Assembly: GCF_021869535.1 (NCBI RefSeq)
Contig: NW_026262667.1
Location: forward strand, 5,704,001-5,768,000
Length of the DNA: 64,000 nt
Source of the DNA: Mytilus californianus
Taxonomy: Eukaryota
Reading direction: 5' to 3'
Below, piece after piece: positions 12,131-24,730 of this stretch. The notes below the pieces were generated by a model that did no database searches, had not been told where the DNA came from, and worked only from the letters and a program-made list of their open reading frames with translations. Made by a program: the position numbers and the translations under genes. Position 1 is the stretch's first letter. Each line of letters starts with the position of its first letter.

Positions 12131-14676
12131 AAAATTGTTTAATTACAGTGGTGTTAAAACAGGATCACTCACATACTATTTTATACATGAATTTCTCTAC
12201 AAAATAAAAGTAGTACAAAACAATAAATGAACTTTCTGTACTTTTTGACTCAATAGAAACCATAGAACACATATTCTGGACTTTTTCAAAAATATGTTAC
12301 GTATGGGAAAAAACTTAATAGATGAATATATACAAACATGCTAATTGATCTACCACTTTACTTAGAAACAATTTTATTTGAGACCTTAGAAAAAACTGAA
12401 AAAGAAACTACATAAGAAATCTCGTACTGTTGTTGTAACCACAATATCATATATACTTAACAAAAATGTTAACATTGTAGTATTTACGAATTATCTTAAA
12501 GAAAACTTGTTAATTGAAAAAAAAAATCATATTTCATAAAAATAAAGTATTGGAGAGTACGTACACCTACTAAAACCACTGCTCCCAACTGACAGAACAA
12601 TATATACCTCCAAAATTCAGACTACATAGGTTGATTAATAGTAATGTATACGTATCAAAGATTAAATGATAGAGTAGGAAAAACACACAATCTTGCTTTT
12701 ACAGATATTACTATGGGCACATTGCCCTAATGTTTCCATGTGATATTAATACATCAAATTTTTTGGCCAATAAACACATTACAAAAAACAACATTTTTAA
12801 ACATATGTTTAGTTGACCCAAAGACCTATTTTAAATATCTGCAATGTGTTATTCTGTGCACTTGTTTAATGTAATGTTGGGTTCAATCAGATTTAATTGC
12901 ATTTATTCAGTTACAGATACACCCTGCAAGATGCTGAATTTTATAAAGTATCCCCAAAATGCGTCATCATTGATTGAAAAGATTTTACTCTATGAAACAA
13001 TATGTATTTGCATTGTGTTCGATCTCAGTCTTCTTTATAGCATTCAGAAAAGATATGGAAGAAAATACTTATTAAGGGACTATAAGATAAAGAAAAAAAC
13101 CATGTTGTAAATGAATTGTAATTTCTATAAATAGAATCTAGATAAGTGTTCACACAAAAAAAGGATTTCCCATTATTTACCTAGGTTAATGTATTCCGAT
13201 GACATAGTATGTAATTTATCATCTAGTCACCTCTGGATATATTTTTGATGTTTATTTATAACAATTATATGTACGTTTACACAGCATAAATATTGATACT
13301 TGAACATGTTCAACAAGATTTGTTCAGATAATTAGGTGTACATATGTCAGAGACAAATCTATGTACGGCCTGAACGCTGTGTTTTTTTTTACCCTCAAAT
13401 CTGTGACATTTTGTCCAGCTTCTAAGCTGTGTCTTTTTCCTCAGATCTGTGTCTGTGATGTCACGACACTCAAATCTGTGGCCCTTTGTGTGTCATGTTT
13501 CCAAAGATGGCTTTTTAGTAATGTGACGTGACTTGAGAAAGGCACATATAGAATGCAACGGGGTTGAAATTCTAAACCCTACCCTAACCTGGGGATAAAA
13601 CAAATCAGTTCGAAAGGGCTAGAATCATTAGATCGGCACAAAGCACACAATTCAACAAAAAAAATAAAAAATAAAAAAATACAGAGGACATAAATCTATC
13701 TTACCATACGTGTCTTTATTGAGAAAAAATTTAAAACATTCTGACTGTTTCCATTATTTAACTTTTTCTTTTATTTAACGATAATTTAAAAATAAAACTT
13801 TATAATAAGGTTTATAACTGTAAGCCAAAAATATAATTTTTCCCATTTTTTAAGGCTTACATATATATTTATATAAAACGATCAATAAATAATAATTATA
13901 AACGAGATGCATTACGTGAAAAACAGATACATAATAAGAAATCTCCTTAACTTAAAAATTTTAATTGTGTGACGGAGCTATTTTATTTTGCATTTCACTC
14001 CTTAAAATTTTTAACCAAACCATTTCTCAATCACCGGAAATATAGTTTGTACTTCTTCTCAAAGGGATATCGAAACATTTTTTGCATTGTTTTATAATGA
14101 TTAGTTACCTCAATTAATATAATTGACAACTTTAATGAAATCAATGTGAATGACTTATCCAATACCTTTCAAACGTTTGAGAAAAAACGAGAAAGAAAAT
14201 TTTAATCTGCAAAACCCACAGTGTAGCAAAACTTTTTATTCAAACCAAATTTCTATTGTTTGGCAAATAATTTGAATGAAAATGCATGGTTATGAAGTAA
14301 ATGCATCTCAATAATAGAATACAAGATTCACTTTTTGCCAAATATGGCCTTGAATTTCAATTTTATCATTAAACATTACAAAGGCCATAATTTCTTTCTT
14401 TAATTGGTCCTTTCAAAAGCCGTATTACTCGATAAAACTAATTTCCTTATTAGAGTACATTATAGACCACAAAATCAGCACATTTTGAATATATTGTCGA
14501 AATACGATGATTTTGTCCCTTTTTCGGAGATTAAAGCTCACGGGAAACCTTTACCGCAACCAACGATCCAAAATGTTCTTTAACCAAAAGGTGCCAATTA
14601 TTAAGTTGTTTCCCTCGACACAAACATTTTCTGGATCAGGCGTTGATGCCAATGTAAATTATGCAAAAAACTGGTA

Positions 14677-15379
14677 CTGTAAACCGGGAAATTTTCGCGC
14701 CGTCTTTATTTCGCGATTTATGAACACAATATAAATTCGCGCCGTTTTGAATTCGCGATTTCCCTGTGGCCTATATAAAATTTTTTTTTAAATGATTTAG
14801 AAAGTGAACAGATTTCTATTTATAGTAAATCAAGTGATAAAATCATTCAGAAATCTTTTGTTTTCGGTTCATTAGTGTTAAAGGAGATTAAAAGTTTGCT
14901 TGTAAAAACACATACACTATAACGGAAAAGAAGGCCTAATTAAGAGTGAATTAAAATAAAATTCTGTCGAGATTAATGCTAATTTATCGATTTTTTGATC
15001 TGATAATCTGTGTAGCAGATTCAACGAGGTAATACTTTTAAAACTGATTGACAGGTGTCATTTACATATTTGTAACGAGTGCTGTTAACATAACAATATC
15101 CGTAATGTCCGCTTGCTTCAGATGTCTTCCATGTTAATAAGATAAACTTGAGTTAAAGTCATGATTTCAATAATTTAGAAATACAGTTATGATTTGAGGT
15201 ATCGATCTGTCGTCTGTAAAATCCGTGTTATACGGTGGTCTTCTACATATCCTATGTATAGTCGTCTTCTTATGAATAGAGTTTTCTTGAAATTTTCGCG
15301 GTCGTTTTATTTTCGCGTTTCAATTCTTACCGCGAAAATAGCGAAAATAAAACTGCCGCGAAAATTTCCCTGTTTACAG
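14677..15379. mobile_element. Non-autonomous DNA transposon (MITE), ~23-bp TIRs, TA duplication
   Basis: TA-ctgtaaaccgggaaattttcgcg ... cgcgaaaatttccctgtttacag-TA; subterminal ttcgcg repeats. Confidence 0.85.
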
Positions 15380-15559
15380 TATACATTTTGATGACATTGG
15401 ACCAAAACGGAGGTATACTTAAGGGGTAATTACTGCGTTATCAATAATGTGATGTACCCAAAAAAGTTATTTTGTATCAATAGTTCTTTCACAACTATTT
15501 CTATGCGAACTTGTAGTATTTGGATCGGATCTTAATTGTGAACCTACTACTTTGCCTCT

Positions 15560-16030
15560 CTAATGGGATGACCATTTGATATACGGAGGGATGGGCACAG
15601 GAAGATTTGGAAATGAATATTCTGGGCTGGTGATAATTGAAAATAAATATCTTTGCCATAGACAGGGTGAAACTGAGTATTCTGAACAATATAATGAAAG
15701 AATTAGTTTTGTACAAGAGTGTAAGAGTTTGTTTTGCGAGGGAAAATATAGCCGTACAGCCTTACAGCCGACTTGTGAAAGAGAATACTCAATGATAATT
15801 TTTCATAGTATACTATTTATGTATTCTTTGTAGAATAATCTTATTTTATTATCCTAAGGGGAAGACGATTTGATGTGGGAGGATGGGTACAGGAGGGTTT
15901 CGAAATGTATATTCTGGGCTGGTGATAATTGAAAATAAAACACTTTGCCGTAGGAAGTGTGAAACTGAGTATTTTGCCTAATATAATACAGGAATTAGTT
16001 TCGTACAAGAGTGCAAATGAGTTTGTTTTG
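15560..16030. repeat. Two diverged ~180-bp copies about 290 bp apart
   Basis: tattctgggctggtgataattgaaaataaa and gtgaaactgagtatt occur in both copies. Confidence 0.75.
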
Positions 16031-16984
16031 AAGGAGCAGTGCCGGATTCAGGGGAGGGGATGGGGTAGAGGGTGTATATCCCTTTTGATTGGTTACTATA
16101 AAAATAAAATCGTCTACAATTTTTATATATACACTTTTAGTTTTAGTCTTTGTACAAACTAACTAAGGACATTTTGACCACGTCTTAGATTGTGGTTTGC
16201 CATTACATCGTCTAATCTTTTAAGTACCGAACGTGACCTATTTCCGATTTTGACTGTTTTGCTGAGTGTGAATTTGCATTGCTATAAGACATGTCACGGT
16301 ATTTTTCTATCCAAAATTCTTGTATTTAGTTTTGATGATATATTTGTAATGGTCAAATGTCTTATCGTTTGTAGTTGTAATTCTTACTTTTTTCTGTTCT
16401 ATTCGTGTGTGAGTGTAAAGATAATTTATCAACCAGTTCATTTATTTGATTTTAGTTTGGGTCAACTAAACTTACAATATGTATTTGGTTTTCAGTTTGA
16501 TTTAGAAGAAATACCGACATAGCTAGATAATACAATTAATTATCTACACAGTTTTATATTAATAAGTATTGTAATTTTCATTGTTATTAAATACATGTAA
16601 TATCAGTATTACAAACCTAATCTTGAACTCTTTCCTATTTTTTGGAAATTTTTAGATATTTACCTGTGACGTCACTATTGTGCGTTGATCTATTCGGCTG
16701 ACATACAATGCGTTGTTCGGCTGTGCTGTTTTTATGTGCTGACCTAGGTTGTTTTACGTATTCGTTTTTATTCTGTAGTAAGTCACCACTTCGGTGTAAA
16801 CATGTATATCAATTATATGGTCATTTTTATATTTATAAATTGACTGTTTGCAAAAATATGGATTATTCTAAATACTAAATATATTCTTAATCCAGGCAGA
16901 TAACCTAGCCGTATTTGGCACAACTTTTTGGAATTTTGGGTCATCAATGCTCTTCATCTTTAGGCCTGGCACCTTTGATAACTA

Positions 16985-17364
16985 TTAGCTTGTCGTAATG
17001 TTCTATTGTATTGTTTATTTGTGTGTTTCTCTGTCCTGTATGTTCTTCCATTTATTTGTATTGTAGTCCTGTCATGTAATGTTGTCATTTTAGTGTTATA
17101 TTTAACATTGCCATTAAAGCGGGAGGTTTGGCTAGCCACAAAACCAGGTTCAACCCTCAATTTTTGCTTGAAATGTCAGGAAAATGGCTATTGTCATCTA
17201 ATAGTTCGTTTCTGTGTGTGTTGCATTTTAGTGTTTCTGTTGTGTCTTTGTTCTCCTCTTATATTTGATGTGTTTCCCTCAGTTTTAGTTTGTTATCCAG
17301 ATTTGTTTTTTTCTCAATCGATTTATGAATTTCGAACAGCGGTATACTACTGTTGCCTTTATTT
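16985..17364 (+). mobile_element. Interspersed repeat, taaataaaggc family (probable PLE 3' UTR)
   Basis: Reverse complement of 24250-24520; ends gcggtatactactgttgcctttattta. Confidence 0.8.
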
Positions 17365-18127
17365 ATGGAATTACGTCCCATTCTTAAAAATAATGGATCT
17401 GCCTCTGAGGAGGGCAGGAAGAGTTTTTACGGATGGAAAACAATCAAGAAAATGTTTCTGTGTCCGCTGTACTTAGCCTCTGTTGAAGATATGGAGCATA
17501 CATGTTCTATAATTGTATAGCGATAAAATACAGATTACCCATGAGATTATGTGCGGTTGGCCTAATATTTAATTTATTATGACATTTGGACAGACAATTT
17601 ATAAAAATATCAGTTTTTTTCCCCATTTTCAGCTTTGTAGGTGTAGGAATTGACAAGGGGGGAGGGGGCAGATGTGATAAAACTACACTTAATAATGTTC
17701 GAAGCATCTTTCTCAGGAACGCAAAACCCTAAACATTTGATTTGTTGAGTTTTCACAAACATTGGTCACTATCCCTCCTGTTTTGAAAATTCTGTTGAAA
17801 TCAAAGATCCACTTCTGTCATTGTTGAACACCTCGTGATAGGTATAGTTAGAAAATAGAATGGTTAGGAAGAGGTAACACAAATAAGCCTTGAACTGAAC
17901 TAATGCAGATCTGTAAGTACTACCTATCTGACATGTATTGATCGGCTTTTTATCTTCTGAATATATGCTTTCAAATACAGGCAACAGTAGTTTATCGATG
18001 TTCAAATCTCATAAATCGATTAGATCAACAAGGCAAACTATTGTAAAAAACAAACCCCGAGGGAAACGCATGAACTCTAAAAGGAGCAAGACCGAATGCG
18101 ACGACAAAATAAACGTCTTCTGTTATG

Positions 18128-18220
18128 CATGCAACACCCTCCAAGTAAATCAGTTACAACGTTACAATCTGTTAATCATGCAACATCCTCCAAGTAAATC
18201 AGTTACAACGTAACAATCTG
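18128..18220. repeat. 49-bp tandem duplication
   Basis: catgcaaca(c/t)cctccaagtaaatcagttacaacg at 18128 and 18177. Confidence 0.85.
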
Positions 18221-18531
18221 GAATAGGACACAATCGGTACAGATAAGACGATTAATCATTTAAAAAGTGAATTGCTATGAAAGCTTCAATAGAGCATTCA
18301 ATTTTTTGACTGAATGAAGAAGAATGAACGATCTACACTACTCGTAACTGTTTAAACGTCTCTAACTTTTCGGTGATTAACCGCATCACCTGCACTAACA
18401 TTACACCATTACAACATTTCTGTATAACTTTGATACCTTCAACACATTTTACTTTAATTCTATACAAATGTATGTATAGATTATTATTTTTAATTTCCTT
18501 TAAATCCTTGCCTTTAGATACTCGACTCTGA

Positions 18532-18573
18532 TCGTTCCTGATGAGTTGTAAATCTAGAAAAGAGCTTCAGACG
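18532..18573 (+). ncRNA. Hammerhead-like motif (same family as 11209)
   Basis: cgttc-CTGATGA-gttgtaaatcta-GAAA-agagcttc-agacg; stem II disrupted. Confidence 0.4.
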
Positions 18574-18911
18574 TATGAAATTTATTAAGTGTGGCTTTAT
18601 TTTTTCCCCCCTAAATACAACCTTCATCATATATACTTGTCTTAAAAATGATTTAGTGTTTATTGAAATTCTAAACCAACGACGCAATTCTGTAGGATGT
18701 GCAATCTATTGCCGAAAACGTCAACAATAATCGAACGTCAAACAACATTGTGACGCACGTAACGACGTTAAAACGTTGAATCAGGCAGCAAGAGGTTAAA
18801 TGCTGTTAAATATAGGGAGTGACTTCTATTTCTTAATGGTGCTGAATCATCGAATTTACTACGAATTATATATTCACTTTAACGTGAATATCCGACGATA
18901 ATCTTTTACTT

Positions 18912-19001
18912 ACTGCAGTTTATGACATACACATAACATTACTGTACCAATGTGCAACACTGCAGTTTATGACATACACATAACTTTACTGTACCAATGT
19001 G
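18912..19001. repeat. 47-bp tandem duplication
   Basis: actgcagtttatgacatacacataac at 18912 and 18959. Confidence 0.85.
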
Positions 19002-19861
19002 AGACTGTAATCTTATAGGTTTTCTCAGAGACTTAAAAATTCGTATTTTCTTCGTTTGTCTTTATGCAAGTCTTTCTACACTGCTCAAATATACCATAAA
19101 GATACTCAAAGCGGTCACATATATCAATAGATGACGTCTCCGTACTAGTGAGAAAAGGAAATTGTACGGAGACGTCGCAAGCAATTGCCTATGAAAAAAT
19201 CGACATTTTTCACAGGCATCTTTTCTTTTTCTTACAAAATTTATAATAGACTATTGTCTTAGTGTTATTAGTAAATTATGCAGAAATGATAAAATAAAAC
19301 TTCATTTATTCGATTTTTATGAATGTGTAGTTAATTATGTCCGAATACGAATATTTCATTACACCAATTTTCGACTGTTAAAGGTTTTTACAAATAGTGA
19401 TTATAAACAGTCATAAAAAAATAATGATAATGAAAATTTGAAGTTAACTTTAGCAGTTGATTTCTTATTGTAAAACATTTTTTCACGAATCAAAGCCACG
19501 GTGTAGCATATTTCTTCATGTTCACATGAATAAAGTCAAATAAATCTTGGTTTTTTTCAGATTTTTTGAAGTTAATAGATATTTCAAAATGTAACATAAC
19601 TTGTTGTTGTTGTTTGAATGTTAAACATTCCACAAGAAAGTGGGTTTCACCTTCAAATAAATGTAAAGATCATTTTTTTTTTATCTTTGTCAATGTTATG
19701 TATGCAATGTAGGCACTCTTCATTACATAATCTTGGATCGTATGGAAGTCGGTTCAAACCCATTTTTCTAAGAATACGTATGGATTCAAAATTGAATTTG
19801 GAGAACTATATAGTAAATAAGGATACATCTACAAATAAACACAGAATGGAAACTCCTATAA

Positions 19862-19952
19862 CAATAAGAAGATGTGGTATGATTGCCAATGAGACAAATC
19901 TCCATCAGCGACCAAATGACGTAGAAGGTTAGCAAATATAGGTCACCGTACG
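19862..19952 (-). mobile_element. PLE 3' terminal fragment (aagaagatgtggtatgattgcc family)
   Basis: Matches 42090-42180. Confidence 0.75.
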
Positions 19953-21284
19953 GTCTGTTTCTAAAATATGAACGTGAAAAAAGTCACAATAGGTACAATT
20001 TGGGTACCACCTGTAACAGTCAGTGCATGATTCTAAAAAAGAACAAAATATGATCTTATGAAGTTTTCTTCTTTTTTGCATTGATTTAAATTTGTCTTCA
20101 CTCACAATAATGTTTACTTTGAATGTCATGTTTGAATCTGTATTTGTAAAGATTTTTGTATCCCTTTGGTTATTTCGCAAAAAGGATGTGGTCTCTAGAT
20201 AACTAAGATTAGGTGCAAACTCTTATTGTACAGAAAAATAATCATAAAGAAAATTAAAACCAATCATTGTTAGTATTTGCTACCAAATAGCAGAGTGGGA
20301 AGTCGATAAAATCTATTAAGTTGGAAAAAGTACACGGATGTCTGAAAATCTGTTTAAAAATTTATTTTCTGCTTTGAATAACCTGTATTACGAAATACGT
20401 TTTGAGCAACAATAATTTCTCAAATAGAAAGCACATATGATTGTTACAAATGTAAAATTAATACTATGTAGGCAGCAAGAGCTATTGAATGAAAGACATT
20501 GAGGGAAATTCATGTAACCACTTAAATCCGTGGGAATAATATGGAATTGGTAATCGTTTACTAATATGTACTTTACGCCTTCACATCCTCAACTAAATCT
20601 AAATGATTTTAAAAATCAGAACATAAATGGTCTCTAAATTTTAGCTTTGGTGTATACGTACAGATCGTATAATCACTAGTGAGTGCTATAAACCTAAGTT
20701 TTAAACACTCTAGAGTGTTCTGAACTTTAGGTTAAAACACTCTAGTTATGCTTTTCATTCAGGAAGATTCGAAAAGACGTAAAGACCTGAAAGAAAGAAT
20801 GTTAAACTTTCAATGTTAAGTTAATAGTTGTTTACAAAATATTTGTTACAGTTAAGTAATAAAAACTAATCAAAGAAATAAGGCTTAATACCGAATCGGT
20901 TCTTTTTCAATGCAAATCCATGGCATACATCACCATCTACGTAATTTGGAATATGGAGAGATTGAATCTTATGCGTTTATGACGTTCAAAAGGATGCATA
21001 AATTTGGTAATTTTGTTTTATGCTTATGCTTTGGGTCAGCTTTACCTGCATAAACGTTATTTTTTCTCAGCTTGTCTTTTTTCACTATCTGCTAGTTTGT
21101 CATTGGAGTTAATATAGCCGTTTCTTTACTTTTGTTTTTGCATTGTTATGAGAAAATTGCATTTTTATTTTAATGATGACTATTGTAGAGCTATATATCA
21201 AGTTACATTGATTTATTTCTTCTTAAACGATTTATAGCATTTGAACATCTGTAAACTTATGTCGCCTTTATTTAGCATTTGATG

Positions 21285-21330
21285 AGCATCACTGAGGAGA
21301 CATCAGTCGTCAAAATGCGCATCTGGTGCA
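21285..21330 (+). ncRNA. Decayed type I hammerhead motif
   Basis: gcatca-CTGAGGA-gac..gtc-AAAA(GAAA mutated)-tgcgc-atc-tggtgc. Confidence 0.55.
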
Positions 21331-22102
21331 GTAAAATTGGTACCGTTTATATTATTTTAAGAAGTGCTCACGCGTTGGCATTAATATATGACATTATTGA
21401 TTTTCTATGCTTAATTGTATTGTTGACAATTCATTTTTGTTTTTAAAGATTGTAGTATTGAACGCTTTAAAGATACTAGTATTGTTTAGTCCTTATTTGC
21501 ATTTTGCCTATCTTATCGATACATTCACGATGCTAGAATTTTCGGGATGGGGGATTCACTTTTACATCTATAAGAGTAGATTTATTCAGCTTTTTCCGTC
21601 GACCCTTCCTGTTGTTTGTCATCAATTCAAAGTAACTATTGATGACCCCGGGATGACAAAATGTTTTAAAAAAGAAAAGCCACTGCAAAAAAAAGGAGAT
21701 ATATATGGTATCATTGCGTATGAGACAACTATCTACCAGATTTCAAGTGAGGTGTTTGTTAGTAATTATTTGTCACCGAACGGCCGAGAGATAAACTCAT
21801 AACGTATTGTCAGCTATAAAAGGCACCGACAAGAAAAATGTGAAACGACTCATGGAGAAAATAACAATGGCCAATACCATTTGTACAGTATAAGCATTTG
21901 TAAAGCAGATGATTAATAAGTTTTAAAAAGTGATCCAAATACACAATAAACAAAACTGTCAGATGACAGCATGTATAGTATGACGATATGTTAAAAATCT
22001 TGACCTTTAATTAAACAATATACGGTGTAATTTAAAAACAGATATATATTGTTCTTGAGGGTATTTGCAAAAAACTTCTCTCGCCTGCTTGCTCGGAAAT
22101 TT

Positions 22103-22104
<2 letters not shown>

Positions 22105-22151
<47 letters not shown>
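22105..22151. repeat. (CT)23 microsatellite
   Basis: Read directly. Confidence 0.95.
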
Positions 22152-22154
<3 letters not shown>

Positions 22155-23119
22155 AATACAACTCAAAGCTTTATGTATGTCTCAATATTGCAAAACAACA
22201 TCGGACTTTGGCTGACGTACCAATAGGTGTCATAGTTATAATATCTGTATGTTTGGTTAAATGTTTTGATAATAAATTTGCAGATCATAAATACACCTAA
22301 ACTGTACTCCGCATTTCATCTTTGATGCAGTAAATCATTGATATACTAGTTGTGCTTTGAAATAAGCACTTGTATCCATTTAGTTATTTCGCAGATTTTA
22401 TTGCCGACACTTTATTTTGTACTAAGAATGGCTTAAGGATGTGGTCTGCAGTTAAGTAAGATAAAGTGAAATTCTTTTGTATGGAAAAAACATAAATGAA
22501 GTCAAAAGCAATAATAATACCATAATTAAAAAAAGAAAAGCAAAAAGGAAAGCGATGTGGGGAAGACAACACGGATGTTTAAAAAACTAATTGCCAAATC
22601 TAAGATGAAATTTATGCTTGGAGTGGTCTAGAGGCGAAGGTAAAATGATAGACAAACGATTATATAATCTTTATCTGAATTCTTTTTGTATCAGATTTAA
22701 GTCGTTACATGCCCTTCCTACAGTTTCTCTCATCAATGACGCTCAGCGATTAAAGATTGGTTATTTTACATGTCTAAAAATCAAAAAGGTGCTTTCAAAT
22801 GTTAACAAGATAGTGTAAATTGACAAACTGGGTTTTACTTGCATTAATCGTTAAAGCAATCAGTGGTCGTATATCTTCTGAACAACATAGTCAATTGTCA
22901 AATGCAATTTAATTTTGTATTTATACATTATACTGAAAAATAATATGTTGAATGGTTCTTATTTATTGTATTGAAACTACATAAAACGCCATTTTCAATA
23001 AATCGAGTCATAATTCCTTTACTACAAGAGTGAAAATCATCAATACCGAACTTGACCTCGATTTTATTGTCCGAAACAATACTATTTAGTCTGGGAGAAC
23101 ATGATTCATCTATCAGATG

Positions 23120-23460
23120 TAAATGGCTTTGAACTAGCTTTCAGTAACTGCGAGATATGTCGGTAATTTATGTCTGTTGTTTTTCTGTTAGTTGTTTTTG
23201 TGCCTCGTACCGTGCTTTTCAGTAAAGCCAATTGCAACTGATTTTTACAGTTTTACAGTTTGTTCCTCTGTTCTGCTGTTAAATCACTGTCTCGTGTAAG
23301 GGGGAGGGTTTAGCGCTCACAAACATATTTAACCCCGCCACATTCTTCTTTATGTGCCTGTCCCAAGCCAGGAGCTGTTTGTAGTTTAGTGGTTGTCGTT
23401 GGTTCATGTATGTCATATTTGTTTTTCGTAAATTGTTTTGTTATGAACTATAAAATAAAT
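23120..23460 (+). mobile_element. PLE 3' UTR fragment, family of 42086-43143, lacking the SECIS
   Basis: ggctttgaactagctttcagtaactgcgag and tttaaccccgccacattc...cctgtcccaagccaggagc match the reverse complement of 42300-42625. Confidence 0.75.
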
Positions 23461-24249
23461 AAAACAGTGTTAACCTTTTTTTCATCTATCTTCAGGTTTT
23501 TCTTCAAAACCTATTTTAATTTTTTTTTGGGGGTGGGGGGGAGAGGGGACATAGTTCACAATTTACAATGTTCGGGTATTAGATATGCTCTAAATCTGGA
23601 AAATTTAACAATATATCATACTTTCTGTCAACATAAATAAAATCATCGTGTCAATGGTATCAGAAGTATTTTCAGTATTTACATGGAGAAAAGAACGTAT
23701 TTTCCTAGTTGTTACAGTATTACTGAGTTTTTACATTTATTCGTTTTATTGTTTTATATTTGATATACATGTAACAGTGTTTACCTCGTTTGCAAGTATA
23801 TATCTTTTAAACCATCCCAAATACAATGCATTTTTTCATTATCATATTTAGAAACAAGTTATACCTTTAGGTAAAAACAAAATATATCCAATAGCTTAGG
23901 TACATCATCATTTTTTCATAACGTAGGAGGAGCATGACGGCAGTTTAGAAATGACATTTTCAGGTGCATTCAGAAAAATGTACTTTTCAAGGCCTCGCAT
24001 GTATTTCACTTATATGTTTATATATATTTCTATAGTTACATGATACAGGATGTATATTCTATTTTGAAGCGTCGTGTATTTAGATGCATGTGGCCAATTG
24101 GATAAGAGTGCGACTTTCCTTTTGTGAGATAAAGTGTATGACAATAACTTTAGAGTGCAGATAACGACTTAAAATTAATAAATGACAACGTACACAGTTT
24201 GATCATTACATTAAATTTCGTAAATTAAAAGACGTGTATACAGGGGAGG

Positions 24250-24730
24250 TAAATAAAGGCAAAAGTAGTATACCGGTGTTCAAAAGTCATAAATCGATTT
24301 AGAGAAAACAAATCCGTGTTACAAACCAAAATCGAGGGAAACACATCAACTATAAGAGGAAAACAAAGGTACAACAGGAACACCGAAGTGTAACAAAAAC
24401 AAACGCCAACACACATAGAAACGAACTATTTGATAACAACTGCCATATTCCTGACTTGGTACAGGACATTTTAAGAAAAATGGTGGGTTGAACCTGGTTT
24501 CATGGCATGCAAAACCTCCCGTTTTATGACAATGTTAAAAAATATGGCTAAAACACTACGTGACAGAAATTCAGCACAAACACACGCAAGAACATTCATA
24601 ACAGAGAAACGCACAAACAAATAATATAATAGTCGACACACCATACAAACCACAGAACAACAACAAACACATTCTCCATCAACGAAAAACACCACAGGAT
24701 ATCAAAAACAGTGACGCGCTTACGTAACTA
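24250..24730 (-). mobile_element. Longer copy of the taaataaaggc family
   Basis: Homologous to 5594-5790 and 16985-17364. Confidence 0.8.

Noticed and set aside
13574-13590. Telomere-like aaccctaccctaacc
   Set aside because: Only about two imperfect units
13320-13700. Block with tctgtg subrepeats and a direct repeat cagag(g)aca..aaatctat
   Set aside because: Probably a repeat element, but ends and class could not be defined
17006-17476. 156-aa hydrophobic ORF
   Set aside because: Read through the GT-rich strand of an interspersed repeat; similar artefact ORFs occur at 11244, 24225, 27317 and 40019
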